64,000 nucleotides of DNA, from NCBI RefSeq assembly GCF_009914755.1, contig NC_060929.1; one strand, written 5' to 3'. How positions within the stretch are numbered: the first letter of the stretch is position 1; each line of letters starts with the position of its first letter. Below the pieces are notes generated by a model. The model saw only the letters and a program-made list of their open reading frames with translations. It did no database searches and had not been told where the DNA came from. Shown piece by piece: positions 40,908 to 54,639 of the stretch. Source of the DNA: the human T2T-CHM13v2.0 reference genome, Homo sapiens. The position numbers and the translations under genes were made by a program.

Positions 40908-43877
40908 TCACTGCAGTCTTGATAACACAGAAGTCTGACATTTTACACAGTCGACCCCATAACTTTTTTCCTTTATGCCTTTTAAATTTTATGTTATACT
41001 TGACAAAGCTTTTTCCACACTAAGATTATATAGATATTCTATAGTTTTCATTCTGTAGTATTTATATTCACTCATAAATTTGGATCTTTGTTCCATCTTA
41101 AATTTATTTTGTGTATTAGAGTGAGGTACAGATCTAATTTCAGAAAACAATTTTCCCAAATGAAAACTCAATCAACTGTCCTGCAAGCCTTTGGTCAAAA
41201 TCAGCCTCATGGAATTATGTCCCCAATTCAAGTGTTTAATGAGGGATGCAAAAGCTAGATAGAATGCATTGTCCCAGAACATCTCTCTGTCTATCTGGGT
41301 TGTAGAAAAAGAATAATCTTATGTCCTTTTAACACATTTAATTTAGAATCAGTTATGAGGCCCCCTATGTCTTAATCTCCGCATTACCTAATACACTGCT
41401 CTATGCATAGCAGTGATTCAAAATATCTGTGGACTTAAAAAAGGAGCTAGAAAAAGGAATGTAAAGAAGAGTACAACACTATTTATGCCTTCAAAGTTAA
41501 CCTAGTAGAATAAGATACACTTTATTCAACTATCTTTTAGTTGAATAAGAGTGACGAGAGAGGCACAAACTGAAGATATATTTGATACTTCATTTTTTCA
41601 CCATCCTGATAAAGCATTTAGGATATTTACAGATAATATATGCAAACCATTCAGCCCAGTGTCTACACATAGTAGGCTTTCATGACTGGTAACTTGAAAA
41701 TTATTTTCTATTATTTCAGGGGTTCAATAGAGGGAAAGACTTCTTTACCATGGAATCTTCAAGTTTTTAAGATGAGATAGTTTCATGTGGAAAATGAGAA
41801 CCTAAACGCTCCACTAAATATTAAATTTTAAAACTATCGTATGGTTATTTACCACTACAACTTAAAAAAAAAAACCTGCCATTGATAGTCTTTTCCTAAA
41901 AGTAGACATAAGAATCTCACACACAAAAAAGATAAACATTAATGGATGTTGTTTCAAATTATATGTCTCCGCTCTTCAATCATAGCCTTCATCTATAAAC
42001 TCTAAATTAAGACCAAAGCAGGAATTAAACTCATACATAAAATACTGTAACTTTAATGTCATATGTTAGGATAAATCAATAGGAGGAATAAATCTGAAGT
42101 GGCAGAAGTAACCACCTTTGACTTGCTTGGCATTTAAACCTTTTGGGCTTGGGAAATCCACTGATGCCGCACTTTAAGGGGATTTGATTTTATAGGCTCT
42201 TTAGCCCAAGAGTTTTCAGGAATACAAAAAGCGACGTGGCCTTGGAGATATGACAGGTGTCAGGCTGTCACTGTGAAGCTGCTTTGCTTTTAATGGCTTG
42301 TTCTCAAATTTGAATCCATAATCCACTGGTAGAAAAGCTGTAGACTTGCTGGCAAAGATGAGAGATGCTCAGAAGCCATTACCTTATAATAGAAATTGGT
42401 AGATAAGTGGACCATGGAAGTTTAGACTCTGACCTAAAGGGAAGTGGATAATTGCATTGAGGTAATTATCTTGTTAACTTTGGACAAAATTAAAGTTCAC
42501 CTTTAAAAGTGCCAGATCATTAATACCAAAGTGCAGATCTTCATTCACTTACATGATAAGGTAAAAAGAAGTTACTAAAATTGTCTAGCTTTATTTAAAA
42601 CATGATAATTCGTAATTTTTTATTTAAACACATTTAAAATGTGCAGAAAGCTCAAGGACTGGGAAAATAGGAGAAAAGGTACCCCTGAATATTATTATTT
42701 AAATGAAAAACCTTCCTTTATTACTTTGCTTTTCCTATCTGGAATAAGAGAGGATGCATTTGCCTTTAGTATTCTGATCAAAGAAATGAGAAAGAAAAAG
42801 ATGGATGTTAATAGAGGTCATCTCAAATTAAATCTTTTTACTCTTCAGTCATAGCCTGTGCCTGTTATATTCTAAATTAGGACAAAAGCAGGGACCAAAC
42901 TAATTTATGAAATGCTATGGCTTTAAATAGCTTATGTTCAATAAATTAACACAGAGAAGCATATGCTGTGGGAATTAGATAAAATCTATTATCATTGATA
43001 AAAAATTTCTATCTTCAAGTCTTTAGGCACAGTTGCTAGATAATTGCTACTTATTGATCTCTGGGAGGAAACTGATGTCCCATTGGAAGCCTAATTCCCT
43101 GATCAGTGCTAGGTCATGATCACTACCTCAGCCAGGTCTGACTTAAACAAGTAACTGTATGCCAATCTAACAAAAGGCAGTGTTAAGAGGCATTCAAAAC
43201 CCCACTTAGGAAATATTGCAAGGTTAGGGGACAGTCTACTCCCTCAAAGAGCAGCCAATAAAGGCCTTTCTATTTCAGCAGCTTTGAGGGGTATGGGGTG
43301 AAGCTTGAGAGTGGGAAAGAAAAACTAGACTGAGTAGTAATAACTCACCCCGCTAATTCAATCTTCTCTGCATGAGGCTTGTAGGGCACCTTATTTTCAA
43401 ATCAGATCAAATCAGCCAAGTAAGTAGGGAAACGTAGGCACAAAGCCAACTAATCAAGCTAAAAGATATGATTTGAATTTAATTATCTATGTATTTTACA
43501 GCAAAATATAATTTAGCAAAGAAAAAAGAAGCAACATTTGAAAAGCTATCTCATTTATTCATCTCACATTGTGAGTGCAGATACAATATTTGAAACTGAT
43601 ATTCTCTAAGAATATTTTAAAAAGATGTAGTAACTGAGATGTGTTTCTCTAATATATTTTCTGATTTTAAAAACTAAAATGCTTTAAAATTTTACTTGGG
43701 ATGATTCAAAATGAATGACGTGAAATTTTAAGAGCAACTTATGCATCATGACTTTAAAAAGAGACTTCAAATTGTGTCACAATAAATTGTTCTCATGCAT
43801 CGCTACATGGTTATTCCTTTATTCTTTTAGTAGTGTTTCTTAATATATTCTCTGGATTATTTACATACATTTTGCTT

Positions 43878-44188
43878 CTTTTTTTTGTTTGTTTCTTTTC
43901 TTTTTTTAGAAGGAGTCTCACTGTGTTGCCCAGGCTGTAGTGCAGTGGCGCCATCTCGGCTCACTGCAAGCTCCGCCTCCCGGGTTCACGCCATTCTCCT
44001 GCCTAAGCCTCCCGAGTAGCTGGGACTACAGGCGCCCGCCACACCACCAGGCTAATTTTTTGTATTTTTTAGTAGAGACGGGGTTTCACCGTGTTAGCCA
44101 GGATGGTCTCGATTTCCTGACCTCATGATCCGCCCTCCTCGGCCTCCCAAAGTGCTGGGATTACAGGCGTGAGCCACCGCACCCAGCC
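43878..44188 (-). mobile_element. AluY-like, antisense
   Basis: gcaagctccgcctcccgggttcacgccattctcc; CpG-rich. Partial TSD attttgctt at 43869-43877 and 44191-44199. Confidence 0.93.
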
Positions 44189-45015
44189 AAATTTTGCTTT
44201 TTAATTCAAATGTTCCATAATATATCTTCTTGATTTTTAGAGAATTTTATGTGTACGATTTACAAAGGCATTAATTCATTTGCACGATTACTTGACAAAT
44301 GTTACTGAATGCCTGTTTTGAGTCATGCAGAATGCTAACTACTAGTTTGCAATGGTGAGCTTAAATGGGAACTGTTTGTAGACTCATGCAGATAAAGTCC
44401 AGTAGGGGGAAAGATACTGCAAAAATCACCACACAAATGAATATACACTTAAAATGTAAAGTAACTGCCATAAAGGAAAACCATGTGATTCAATGAACAT
44501 GTGAAAAAATGTCTCATCATAGGAATTTAGTTATAAATTCTGAGTAAAATATTCATTTATTAGTGTCAAGCACCAGGATATCCTTGTATGTTTTTTATAA
44601 AGATTTTGTCCTAAGAAATGAGAGGAAATTGTTACAAAACCTAGAATGAATTGCAGACAAGATACGCACAATGTAGAAATACTGTTCCCTACCCTCCTCA
44701 CCAAACATTTTTATAATGTTTGTGAAGTAGGAAGAAAGGACGTCAGAAAGCACAGAAAGAAGAAAATATGATCAGTATGCTAAAAATGTTTCCTTCCATC
44801 TAGTAGACAAATTGCTCTAAAAGAGTTGGGATTCAGTTCAGGTTGTGTTTCATTTTTGTTTTTTAACCCAAGCGGGCAAAAATAGTTTTCAACATACCAC
44901 TTGTAGAAAACTCTTAATTTAAATGTGTGTGCATAACCATTAAATACATGCTTAGTTTTAATGTTTTCCAGTGATTGATAAAGGGTTGTATGGTGTTATC
45001 TTTGGTCTGTTCCAG

Positions 45016-45168
45016 GAGATTATGTGGTCATGTCTGTCTACTTTGATCTGAGCAGAAGAATGGGATACTTTACCATCCAGACCTATATCCCCTGCACACT
45101 CATTGTCGTCCTATCCTGGGTGTCTTTCTGGATCAATAAGGATGCTGTTCCAGCCAGAACATCTTTAG
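45016..45168 (+). CDS. GABRG2: Exon 7 (153 nt), M1 and start of M2: [26 protein letters not shown]...VPARTSLG
   Basis: ttccag acceptor and ag|gtgaga donor at 45169. Overlaps ORF 45024..45224; has the PAR motif of anion channels. Confidence 0.97.
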
Positions 45169-45321
45169 GTGAGACACCTTTGTTTATGTTGCAGTTTCTC
45201 AAGATAAGTACCAAATACAAGTAATTTTTATGTCCATTTCTATGTTGATCTGCTTTAAATTTAGCCTGCAATTGCATAGAAATACCATTTGTTTCATATT
45301 CAAGAGAACTGGCATTTTTAA

Positions 45322-45765
45322 TTCACAATAGCAAAGACTTGGAACCAACCCAAATGTCCATCAATGATAGACTGGATTAAGAAAATGTGGCACATATACA
45401 CCATGGAATACTATGCAGCCATAAAAAATGATGAGTTCATGTCCTTTGTAGGGACATGGATGAAGCTGGAAACCATCATTCTCAGCAAACTATCGCAAGG
45501 ACAAAAAACCAAACACTGCATGTTCTCACTCATAGGTGGGAATTGAACAATGAGAACACATGCACATAGGAAGGGGAACATCACACACCGGGGCCTGTTG
45601 TGGGGTGGAGGGATTGGGGAGGAAAAGCATTAGGAGATATACCTAATGTTAAATGACGAGTTAATGGGTGCAGCACACCAGCATGGCACATGTATACATA
45701 TGTAACAAACCTGCACGTTGTGCACATGTACCCTAAAACTTAAAGCATAATAAAAAAAAAAAAAA
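45322..45765 (+). mobile_element. L1PA 3' end, sense, ~150 nt downstream of exon 7
   Basis: ORF 45364..45546 is the L1 ORF2p C-terminus (WIKKMWHIYTMEYYAAIK...SLIGGN*), followed by 3'UTR and poly-A. Confidence 0.93.
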
Positions 45766-45904
45766 GATTTTTTTACTTCTATAGTTGGGTTCTCCTTAGT
45801 TACCTTGATAGGTTTTCTTGAGTAACTTTTCTTAAGAAATTTTAGTTAACTATTTTTTAAAAACTGTTTTAATATTAACAGATGTGTTTGTTTAGTTCTC
45901 TGGA

Positions 45905-46095
45905 TAATATGCTGAAGCTGCTTGCACCAGCTCATGAAAGTTGATTGTGTTTATCTCTTCCCAACTTGGTATTCGGTGATGCCACATTGTTAATGTGAAA
46001 TCACCCAAGGAGGAAATATTAACAACATGGAAACAAAAGTCAGGGCCTTCTTTTTTCTAGAGTTAATTGTTACACATTCACCAGCACGCCATTGG
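45905..46095. mobile_element. MER63-like (hAT-Blackjack) relic
   Basis: atctcttcccaact...tgaaatc...cattcaccagcacgccattg resembles MER63A. Confidence 0.6.
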
Positions 46096-47684
46096 CTGTT
46101 GGCTATTCCCCACGAGTAATTATTGGGATAACATTTGAAGTAATCGGCTCTTTACAGAACAGCGATGGAAAAAATTATTTTTGAGAAAACATATTTACCT
46201 GTGAAATTTTTGGGGGAAAAGCGACTCTTAAGATTATTTGCAATTTGCTCAATCTAATATATATGGTGATCTTTGTCTTGAATTTTCACATCTGTTTCTT
46301 CACATGGGGAAGAAGACTCACACAGACTAAAACAAAGCCCAACACATGAAACTTTTTAAAACCTTAACTAAAAATAAAGCTAGTGGACGTGAACAAAATT
46401 CAACACCCTTTCATCAGCTATGTAAAACCTAGAACCACATCCCTTGCTAACTGTCTAAAGAGTCAGTAGGGTGTAATAGCTAGGAAATTGGGTTTTGGAG
46501 TCCCACAAATATGGGTTTGACATCACACATTTAGGATAACATTAGAATGTCATTTAATCTCTAATTCACAGTTTCCTCATATATAAAACATGTATAATTT
46601 CCTGTACCTAACTTATTGGGTTCTACTAGGGTTAAAGTATTCGATGCAAATTGCACATAAATAGTAAAGCCTCAGAAATGTTGGCTACTATAGTCATTTT
46701 CTGACAAAATGGTCTGTACTAAGTTATTAAGCTGAGGGCAGAAGTGATTACTGGGGGAAAAGACATCATTTGCATATCTGTCCTCTTCCAAACCTAATTT
46801 AGTTTCCCATCTGTTTCAAAAGAAAGTTATTTTGATTTTTCCTGTTATATGTGGTACTTTGTGTTACAAGTCCTTCTCAAAAATTAAAATATCTTGTCTA
46901 ATGCTACACGCTGAAACAAACCCCAAATATGTTGAGCCTATTACTTTCGGACTATTACTTGTCACTATGAACAGATACATACTGTATTACAAGCTTCTAT
47001 GTCTGTCATCAGAATGTCAGTCTTGTACATCTCTAGTACAGTGCCTGGAACATGGCTGGTACCTCAAATAATTGTTCAATTGATGTATACACTTATGTAT
47101 GGCTGGAGCAAATACATTGATGTATTCTAATCCACCCTCTTCCCAAAAACATTTTAAGGAAGAGATTTCCAATCAATCTGTCCTCTTGAAGCCTGGATTC
47201 TTGCTGGCCAAAATCTCTCTCATGACTTCTTGGGTAACTCATTTAACCCACTCAGTAAATAAGTGTTCACTGGCAAAGGATCATGGTGGAAGAAGGGATC
47301 AAAGTGAGTGAGTTTTGGAATGAGCAAGAGGCCCTTAAGCAAATAGCAGATAGGTGCTTCTACTTGTTTGTAATTTGTAAGTCAGGAATGCTCAATATGG
47401 TCTCTATGTCTTTTCTATTCTTCACAACACCTGCATGTAGAAGTTGCTGTAATGATCATTATTATCACAATTTTTAGAGCTGAGCTAAGGAAGTAGAGGT
47501 GCTGCAAGGTTAGATGACATCCACAAAGTCACAGCATAAGGAGGTAGTAGATCTGCACCTCAGCTGATGAGACATAGGTTTGCTCTGGGTAGGAGGCCTT
47601 GGTGAAGACCAATTGTAGGTACAGGTGAGAAGCGGAGCTGAGCCAGTTTCTCTATTTTAACTTTGCTGTCTCAGTTTTCTAGAT

Positions 47685-47872
47685 CAGTGCTCCTTAAATT
47701 TAATTGAACATTTAAGTCACTAGAGGACTTTTTGAAGTGCAGATTCCTTAGTTCAACCCCAGGAAATGCTTATCTAATGTGTCTAGAACGTGACTTAGGA
47801 GTTAGGATTGAAAAACAAACAAACAAAAAATCCACAGGTGATTCAAACGTGCAGTCGCCTTTTAGAACCCTG
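47685..47872. mobile_element. MER5A-like (hAT-Charlie) relic
   Basis: cagtgctcct...tgcagattcct...caggtgattc...tttagaaccctg, flanked by ntctagan 8-mers typical of Charlie TSDs. Confidence 0.65.
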
Positions 47873-50027
47873 CTCTAGACTTCATTGAGTCCCATTACTT
47901 TTCTCAATGTTTACAATCCAGAGTTAAATGAGAGGACCTTAAGCACACGCAGACCTTAAGCTTCTTGCCACGGAACAGTTAGGCCATCTTGTTTGATGAG
48001 CAAGATAAATTTATCCACGTTGACTCAGAGATACTGGCTGTTTTCTGAGCACAGAGTCCTAGAGTATGGGCAGCCACCATCTTGGAGCATATAAAAGTGA
48101 ATGTAGTTTGGTGCCCAGGTGGTAGTTGGTGAGGCTTATTTCTGGTGTAGTGACAATGAATGAAATGAAAATACCATTTGGTACTTGTCACCTAACTGCT
48201 TTGAGGTGAGGTAACATCCCTGAAGAGCTTACTTCATGCCAAGACTGGAGGAACTGGTAAAAGCTATGGATATATTTCATCCACCCAGGTAAGATAAGTC
48301 TAACTTATTTACTTATCAAAATGGAAGCTGTCTTATTGTTGGTTGAGGAGACAATATAAACCATCCCTACTCTGCCTCTCACTATTGATGTCATTGCAGT
48401 CTCTTTCCTGTGGCTCCAGGCAGAGCCCTGAAAATATCATGAGGCAATTCTTCAAGAGTCTACTTCTACATGGCTTTGATGAATGCCTATGTAGCCTAAA
48501 TAACATTTTCCCAATTTGCTGGAACAGTATTTAACTTGCATGTCAAAATTTGTTTCTCCCAAATTATCACATGCCACATTTTAAAAAAATTAACTCATCT
48601 ACAGTACCTACCATAAATACTGACATTTTCACTTGTCGAGGGTCAAGTATAGCCTCAGGCCTGATTGTAAAATGAAGGCCACAGTGCCAATTTAGTTTTT
48701 CAGTCCTCTGCAAAAATATCAGTTGTGATTAGGTACAATGAGAAACTTACATGAATTAATGCATAGACAACCTAATAAAATGATTTTTAGTTAAGAAATA
48801 GAACTTTCTTTTCTAAAATAAAAACTATCAATACCTAATATTTATTAGGATTTTACAAGGTATTGGTACCCTATGCACATTTTTAAATTTAATCTTTACT
48901 GGAGACTTATAAGGTTCTCCATCATTACCACCACCACTCCCAGTTTGTAGATGAGGATCTCAAACCTCCCTAAGGTTCTACCATGATAATATGGAAGACG
49001 CCAGACCCATATCACCTCCCCAGTCAGGAATCTACAATAGGTCCCATCTGTCTGGCACTTCATGCCACATATTTTTCATGTATTTATGGAGCTAAAATAC
49101 TGTGGTTCAGAGCACAGCATTTGAAGTCGGGCTGCCTAGGTTTGTATCTCATCTCTACCACTTACTATCTTGAACAAGTTTTTATTCCTCCAATGCTCAC
49201 TGTTTGTCACCTGTAAAAATAATAATAATAGTAATAATAATACTTACATTATAGAAGCATTATGAGGATCTTGTGAGATAATAGAAAGTGCTTGGCACAG
49301 TATCTGGTCAAAGAAAAAGATCAATAAATCTTAACTACTTTATTTGCAATTAAAAATATCTCCCAAAAGTCATAATTATGGATTCCTATTCTCAAACATA
49401 GATTGAGCATCTTTGATCTTTCATGTATATACTATGCATTGGCTCACTGTTTCACACATTCATTGAACAAACATTTATTGAGTCCCAGCATGATGCTCCA
49501 CTGTGGGATTATAGTAGTCATTTAGACAGATTCTGTTTTCATAGAGTGTATAGATTAGAAAGGGAGATTGGTTATTACATAATCAGGAATAGTATAGGAA
49601 AGGGCCAATGGTATTTATAAACATAGTTCCCTTGATCATCTCTTTCCTGTATTAAAGGCTACCCTTCCTCTATAGCTATTTAAACCAACATCAGTCTTTC
49701 CACTGTCTGAAATTGCATAACAAGTACGTATTTAGGAAACTTTCATACTAAGCTACAACTAAATGACCCAAGAGAACCACATGGTTCTTGGAAATGTAGC
49801 TGAACTCTTCAAAAATGGCTCAGACAAAGACTTGAACTGATTAGGGAGACAACAGTAATTTTATTTCCTCTTACTTATCCTTTATTCAAGAGTGTTTTTG
49901 CTTTTCTCAATTTTCTTCTAAGCATGTTCTACCAGTTACCTACTTATGAGAGAATAAGAGCTTTACATCTTTTCCTGTATGACACTGGTGCTTTTCTCAG
50001 TATCTTCCTCTTCTCTTGCCCTCCAAG

Positions 50028-50234
50028 TCTCTCTACCTCTTTCTTTCTCTTTCTTTCTTTCTTCCTTCTTTCTTTCTCTTTCTTTCTTCTTTCTTTCTCT
50101 TTATTTCTTTCTTTCATTCTTTCTTTTTTCTTTTTCTTTCTCCTTTCTTTCTTTCTTTTTCCTTCCTTCCTTCCTTCCTTTCCTTCCCTCCTTCCTTCCT
50201 CTGTCTCTCTTTCTGTCTGTCTGTCTTTCTTTTT
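50028..50234. repeat. Compound pyrimidine microsatellite (CTTT/CCTT/CTGT), an expanded Alu tail
   Basis: Direct read; contiguous with the Alu at 50235. Confidence 0.92.
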
Positions 50235-50515
50235 GACAGAGTTTTTACTCTTGTCACCCAGGCCGGAGTGCAATGCCACGATTTCAGCTCATTGCAACCC
50301 CCGCCTCCCGTGTTCAAGTGATTCTCCTGCCTCAGCCCCTCGAGTAGCTGGGATTACAGGCACCCACCACCAAGCCCAGCTAACTTTTTGTATTTTTAGT
50401 AGAGACAAGGTTTCACTATGTTGGTCAGGCTGGTCTCAAATTCCTGACCTCCTGATCCACCCACCTCGGCCTCCCAGAGTACTGGGATTTCAGGTGTGAG
50501 CCACCATGCCTGGCC
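50235..50515 (-). mobile_element. Alu (Sq/Sp-like), antisense, intron 7
   Basis: gacagagtttttactcttgtcaccc...gagtgcaatg...cctggcc. Confidence 0.92.
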
Positions 50516-51519
50516 CGACCTGTTTCGAAGTTTCCCTAGCACTTCCTTTTGACAGAGGAGAATCTGGCTGTCCCCTAGAAGTCTCTTGGTTAGCAGTAAT
50601 AGTCAGAATTGCACATCTTTAAATGATGCAAACTTTATTTTTCTTTTCTGTCCCCCGTAAGAAATATAAATAACAAAACCTGGTAAAAGTTGGGATTATT
50701 GCTTTTAGAGTACAGAAAGATGCCTCCACTCAGGATTAGAAATGCCAAACTAGAATCGTAGAATGGTAAGATAGGTGGACCTTCAAAGAGTTAGTCCCAC
50801 AGATGAGAAAACTGAGGCCTAGAGTGTTAAGATAACTTAAGTTCCTATAGCAAGAGCTAGAACCTATTTGAATACTGAATCCATTTTGCCTTTAGTATAA
50901 ATTACACAACTTTTACATAAGAGAGCTCCTCATCCTTCTCTGGTTGATAAATATAGGTTGTCTTGACATTGTTCCCTGTCACTAAACAACCACTGGAGAG
51001 GACAGGTTTGGATAGGTGCTTTTGTATAATTAGTAAAGTATGAGCTTTGAAATCACTCATGTAATTTCTGTGTTCAATTCTGTCTGCTACTTACCAACTA
51101 TTGGATGTGGTACTGGTCCTTTAGCCTTGTTCTTCTGATCTATAAATTCAGAATGAAAATACCTGCTGTGAAGATTCAAAGAAACAATGTATATGAAGCG
51201 CTTATCACTGCCCTTGGCAGAAGGAAGTTTTCAGTAAATATTACCTATTATGTTACTTCTGAGATACTTATTTTAATCCTATAATAATCTAAAAAGAATC
51301 CATCAATCAGAGCATGTCACTTACACATAACCCACCTCCTCTATTTAGCATCTTTGAATAATTTCTCCCTGCAATTGGAATAAAATGTAAACTGTCTGCA
51401 TGTGCCACATTTTATAACTTCCTTTTTATCAAAATAATTTTAATCCCCTTGTCCCTTCCCAGGTGCCAGGTCTTCTAAAAATTTAAATAACAGACAAGGT
51501 TTCTCTTTCTCAGAACCCT

Positions 51520-51825
51520 CCCTTAATTTAATAATGATCAAAAGGTTAGTTTCTTCTTACATTTTAAGCTTTACTTTAAACATCAACCCCTCAAAAAGGT
51601 CTTCTCTGAGCATTCCATCTAACTAGCTTCTCACCATCCCTGTATTCTCCATGGCACATACCATAATGTAACATTATACTTTTCTCTGCTGACATGATTC
51701 ACAGTATATCTCTCTCACTAAAATATAAGGTACACAAAGGCCAGACCAAATCTATTCATCAGTGTTTGTCATTTCAACTGATACATAGTAGACAGGCAAT
51801 AAATATTTGTAAATAGAGTGAATTA
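51520..51825 (+). mobile_element. L2 3' end relic (others at ~10600-10850, ~24480-24570, ~29530-29790, ~38290-38400, ~44275-44500, ~63945-64000)
   Basis: cactaaaatataag...catagtagacaggcaataaatatttgtaaatagagtgaat resembles the L2 terminus. Confidence 0.55.
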
Positions 51826-51934
51826 AATCCACTTATACCTCCTTTCCCATTGCTGAAACTGCCCATCAGAAGTCATGAAACAATGTAGTCTCACGAGTGA
51901 CTCAGTTACCCAACTTGCTTATGCAATCACATGA

Positions 51935-52192
<258 letters not shown>

Positions 52193-52477
52193 TGAAATTT
52201 TTATGATTTCGGTTTAGTTTGTTTTCATTAGCCTATCTGCAGGCTAAGGCTCAGCAGTTTGGGCTCCAAGATGAAAACAGCATGTATGAGTTTAGCCAGG
52301 CCATAACGATTCATTTACAGTCATTAGTTACTTGAGAGAGACTCAAGTCTGTTTCTATTTTCTGTGTCAGAGTTCTTATGCAAATATAATTACCTGCTCT
52401 CTTTATTTTGTGGAGACTAAAGCCATTTTTGAGAAATGTGACCTTCTTCTTGTTGCTATTATTCCAGGTTTCACTGA

Positions 52478-52765
<288 letters not shown>

Positions 52766-54496
52766 ATGATAATATTATTAAATCACTGATATTTTAAATT
52801 AAAACTTCCATCTCAGGCATTCCACTAGGAAGCTATAAGGTCCTTGAAGTTTCAAGGCTGACTACATTTTTGCAAATGATTTAGTGTGTGTATGGAGGTG
52901 GAATGTGGGTATTGTCACCAGATAATTTCTATTGATTTCATTCTCGAAATGTATCTTTTTGTTTTTAAAACAAATGATTTACTATTATATGGGCAAGTTA
53001 GTTAGCCTCCTTGTGTGTTTTATATATATATATGTAGTGTATTATTTAAAAACACTTGTCTTATGGGGCTCCTATGAGAAATAAATGTGGCAATGAAGGG
53101 CAAAACAAAAAATCCCAAAATATTACATAGTACTCTACACATGAATGTACTTAACATTAGTAGTTGGTGATGATAGTTGATTTTGATGATTTATACAGTT
53201 TCCAGCCTGGATTGACTTCAGTGCCACAATTTGAAAACAGGGAGGATGACTTCTACTTGCAACCAAACTTTAAATAGTGAGGATGAAGCATAAACACAAA
53301 TGCCTAAAGCAACTGTTTTTTATTGTGAGTGTTGAGGAGAGCACATAGTTACCCATTTACACACCTGAACAAAGTGGCTGGCTCATAGAAATCCCCATGA
53401 AAGTTAAGGTCCATTCCCTTCCAAGATATGGGCAAAGAGAATCACCTGACAATCCTGGATCATGGCCTTCTGCTTTGAGAGCCGTAATAACGCTCTACCT
53501 ATCCAACCCAGAGACTTTGGAGGTTGAATTGTAAGGAAGGAATTTAGCTGATTCTAGGTTGTATTCTGATGCAGCTGCAGAAACCCAAGTGAAATACTAC
53601 AAGAGTAATGTGTTTATTTGAATGTAAGACTTTGGAACATGGAAAGAAAGAAACATCATTATTCTTGATTTAAAAAATGCTTTCTTTAATTGCTCAAATA
53701 TTTACAATGCTTTATGCAGTCCTTCCCTTCCCTGTCTGTTTTGCCTCTCTCTGACTTTCCATTTTCTCTATCCTTGTTTTATTTTCCTTGTTGTGTTGTT
53801 TTTGTTTGCTCCCTCTTGTTCACTTTCCATTTCACTCTCCCTCAAGAAGGTGGTTCTATTGAGAGTTGGCATATTACCTGCCAGCTATAACAAGGACATG
53901 AGGACTGGCTTTCAAACAAGTTCTGATGAGTCCTTTGGAAAAAGCCCCTTGGCCCTCTCTGTCAGCTACGCCATTGCAGAGTAGATTTTGTTGCAAAGAT
54001 AGAGGCAGATTCCCTTATTCAGGGTCATGGAAATGGCAGAAGAAGAAAAGGCAGAGGAGAACAGGATAAAAATTTGAGAAAATGAAATTACCTGAGAATT
54101 TCATGCACTTCTTTTTAGGCAATTAGATGATTCATCAGAACTAGCAAGAAAATAAACTAGGAATGAGAAGCTGAAAGTTTATTTTCCTGTTTAATATGCC
54201 TTTTGGATAATTGTGTCAAGACTCACCTATTAAGTTATCCGTGATGATAATTAGAAAATAGAATCATAGTATTTTTAAACAGGGGAACCAGGCAATAGAA
54301 AACTTCCTTGCAATTGAACAACTCTGGCTTCTTCAGTCAAGTAATTGTAGATTAATTTATTAAAAATTTCACTAGTAATTACAAAATTACACTTAACTTT
54401 AAGCAAATACTTTATCCCAAGCTCAGAACTCTCCTTCTGTGTTTATAATTTCAGTTCATTTCACTTACTGTGTTTTCAAAATGTATTTTTAATTTA

Positions 54497-54568
54497 TCTT
54501 GTCTCTCTCTTTTTTTTTCATTTTTTTTCTCCTTTTTATTAAAAACAAATGCAATTCTCTTTTCTGTC
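54497..54568 (+). promoter_or_regulatory. Extended CU-rich tract upstream of the microexon (PTBP-type silencer and polypyrimidine region)
   Basis: tcttgtctctctcttttt...ttctcttttctgtct. PTB repression of this exon is established. Confidence 0.6.
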
Positions 54569-54581
54569 TACAAACCCAAAG

Positions 54582-54605
54582 CTTCTTCGGATGTTTTCCT
54601 TCAAG
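54582..54605 (+). CDS. GABRG2: Microexon 9 (24 nt, LLRMFSFK), included in gamma2L and skipped in gamma2S
   Basis: cccaaag|ctt ctt cgg atg ttt tcc ttc aag|gtataa. Phase 0/0; the known 8-aa insert carrying a PKC-site serine. Confidence 0.95.
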
Positions 54606-54633
54606 GTATAATGTTTTTGGAATGGAAATTCAC

Positions 54634-54639
54634 TGCATG
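54634..54639 (+). promoter_or_regulatory. RBFOX motif TGCATG downstream of microexon 9
   Basis: Exact hexamer 29 nt after the donor, a position typical of inclusion enhancers. Confidence 0.7.

Noticed and set aside
49924-50499. Longest ORF (191 aa) and its overlapping ORFs
   Set aside because: They run through the pyrimidine microsatellite and the Alu; low-complexity F/L/S or K/R/E translations are not genes.
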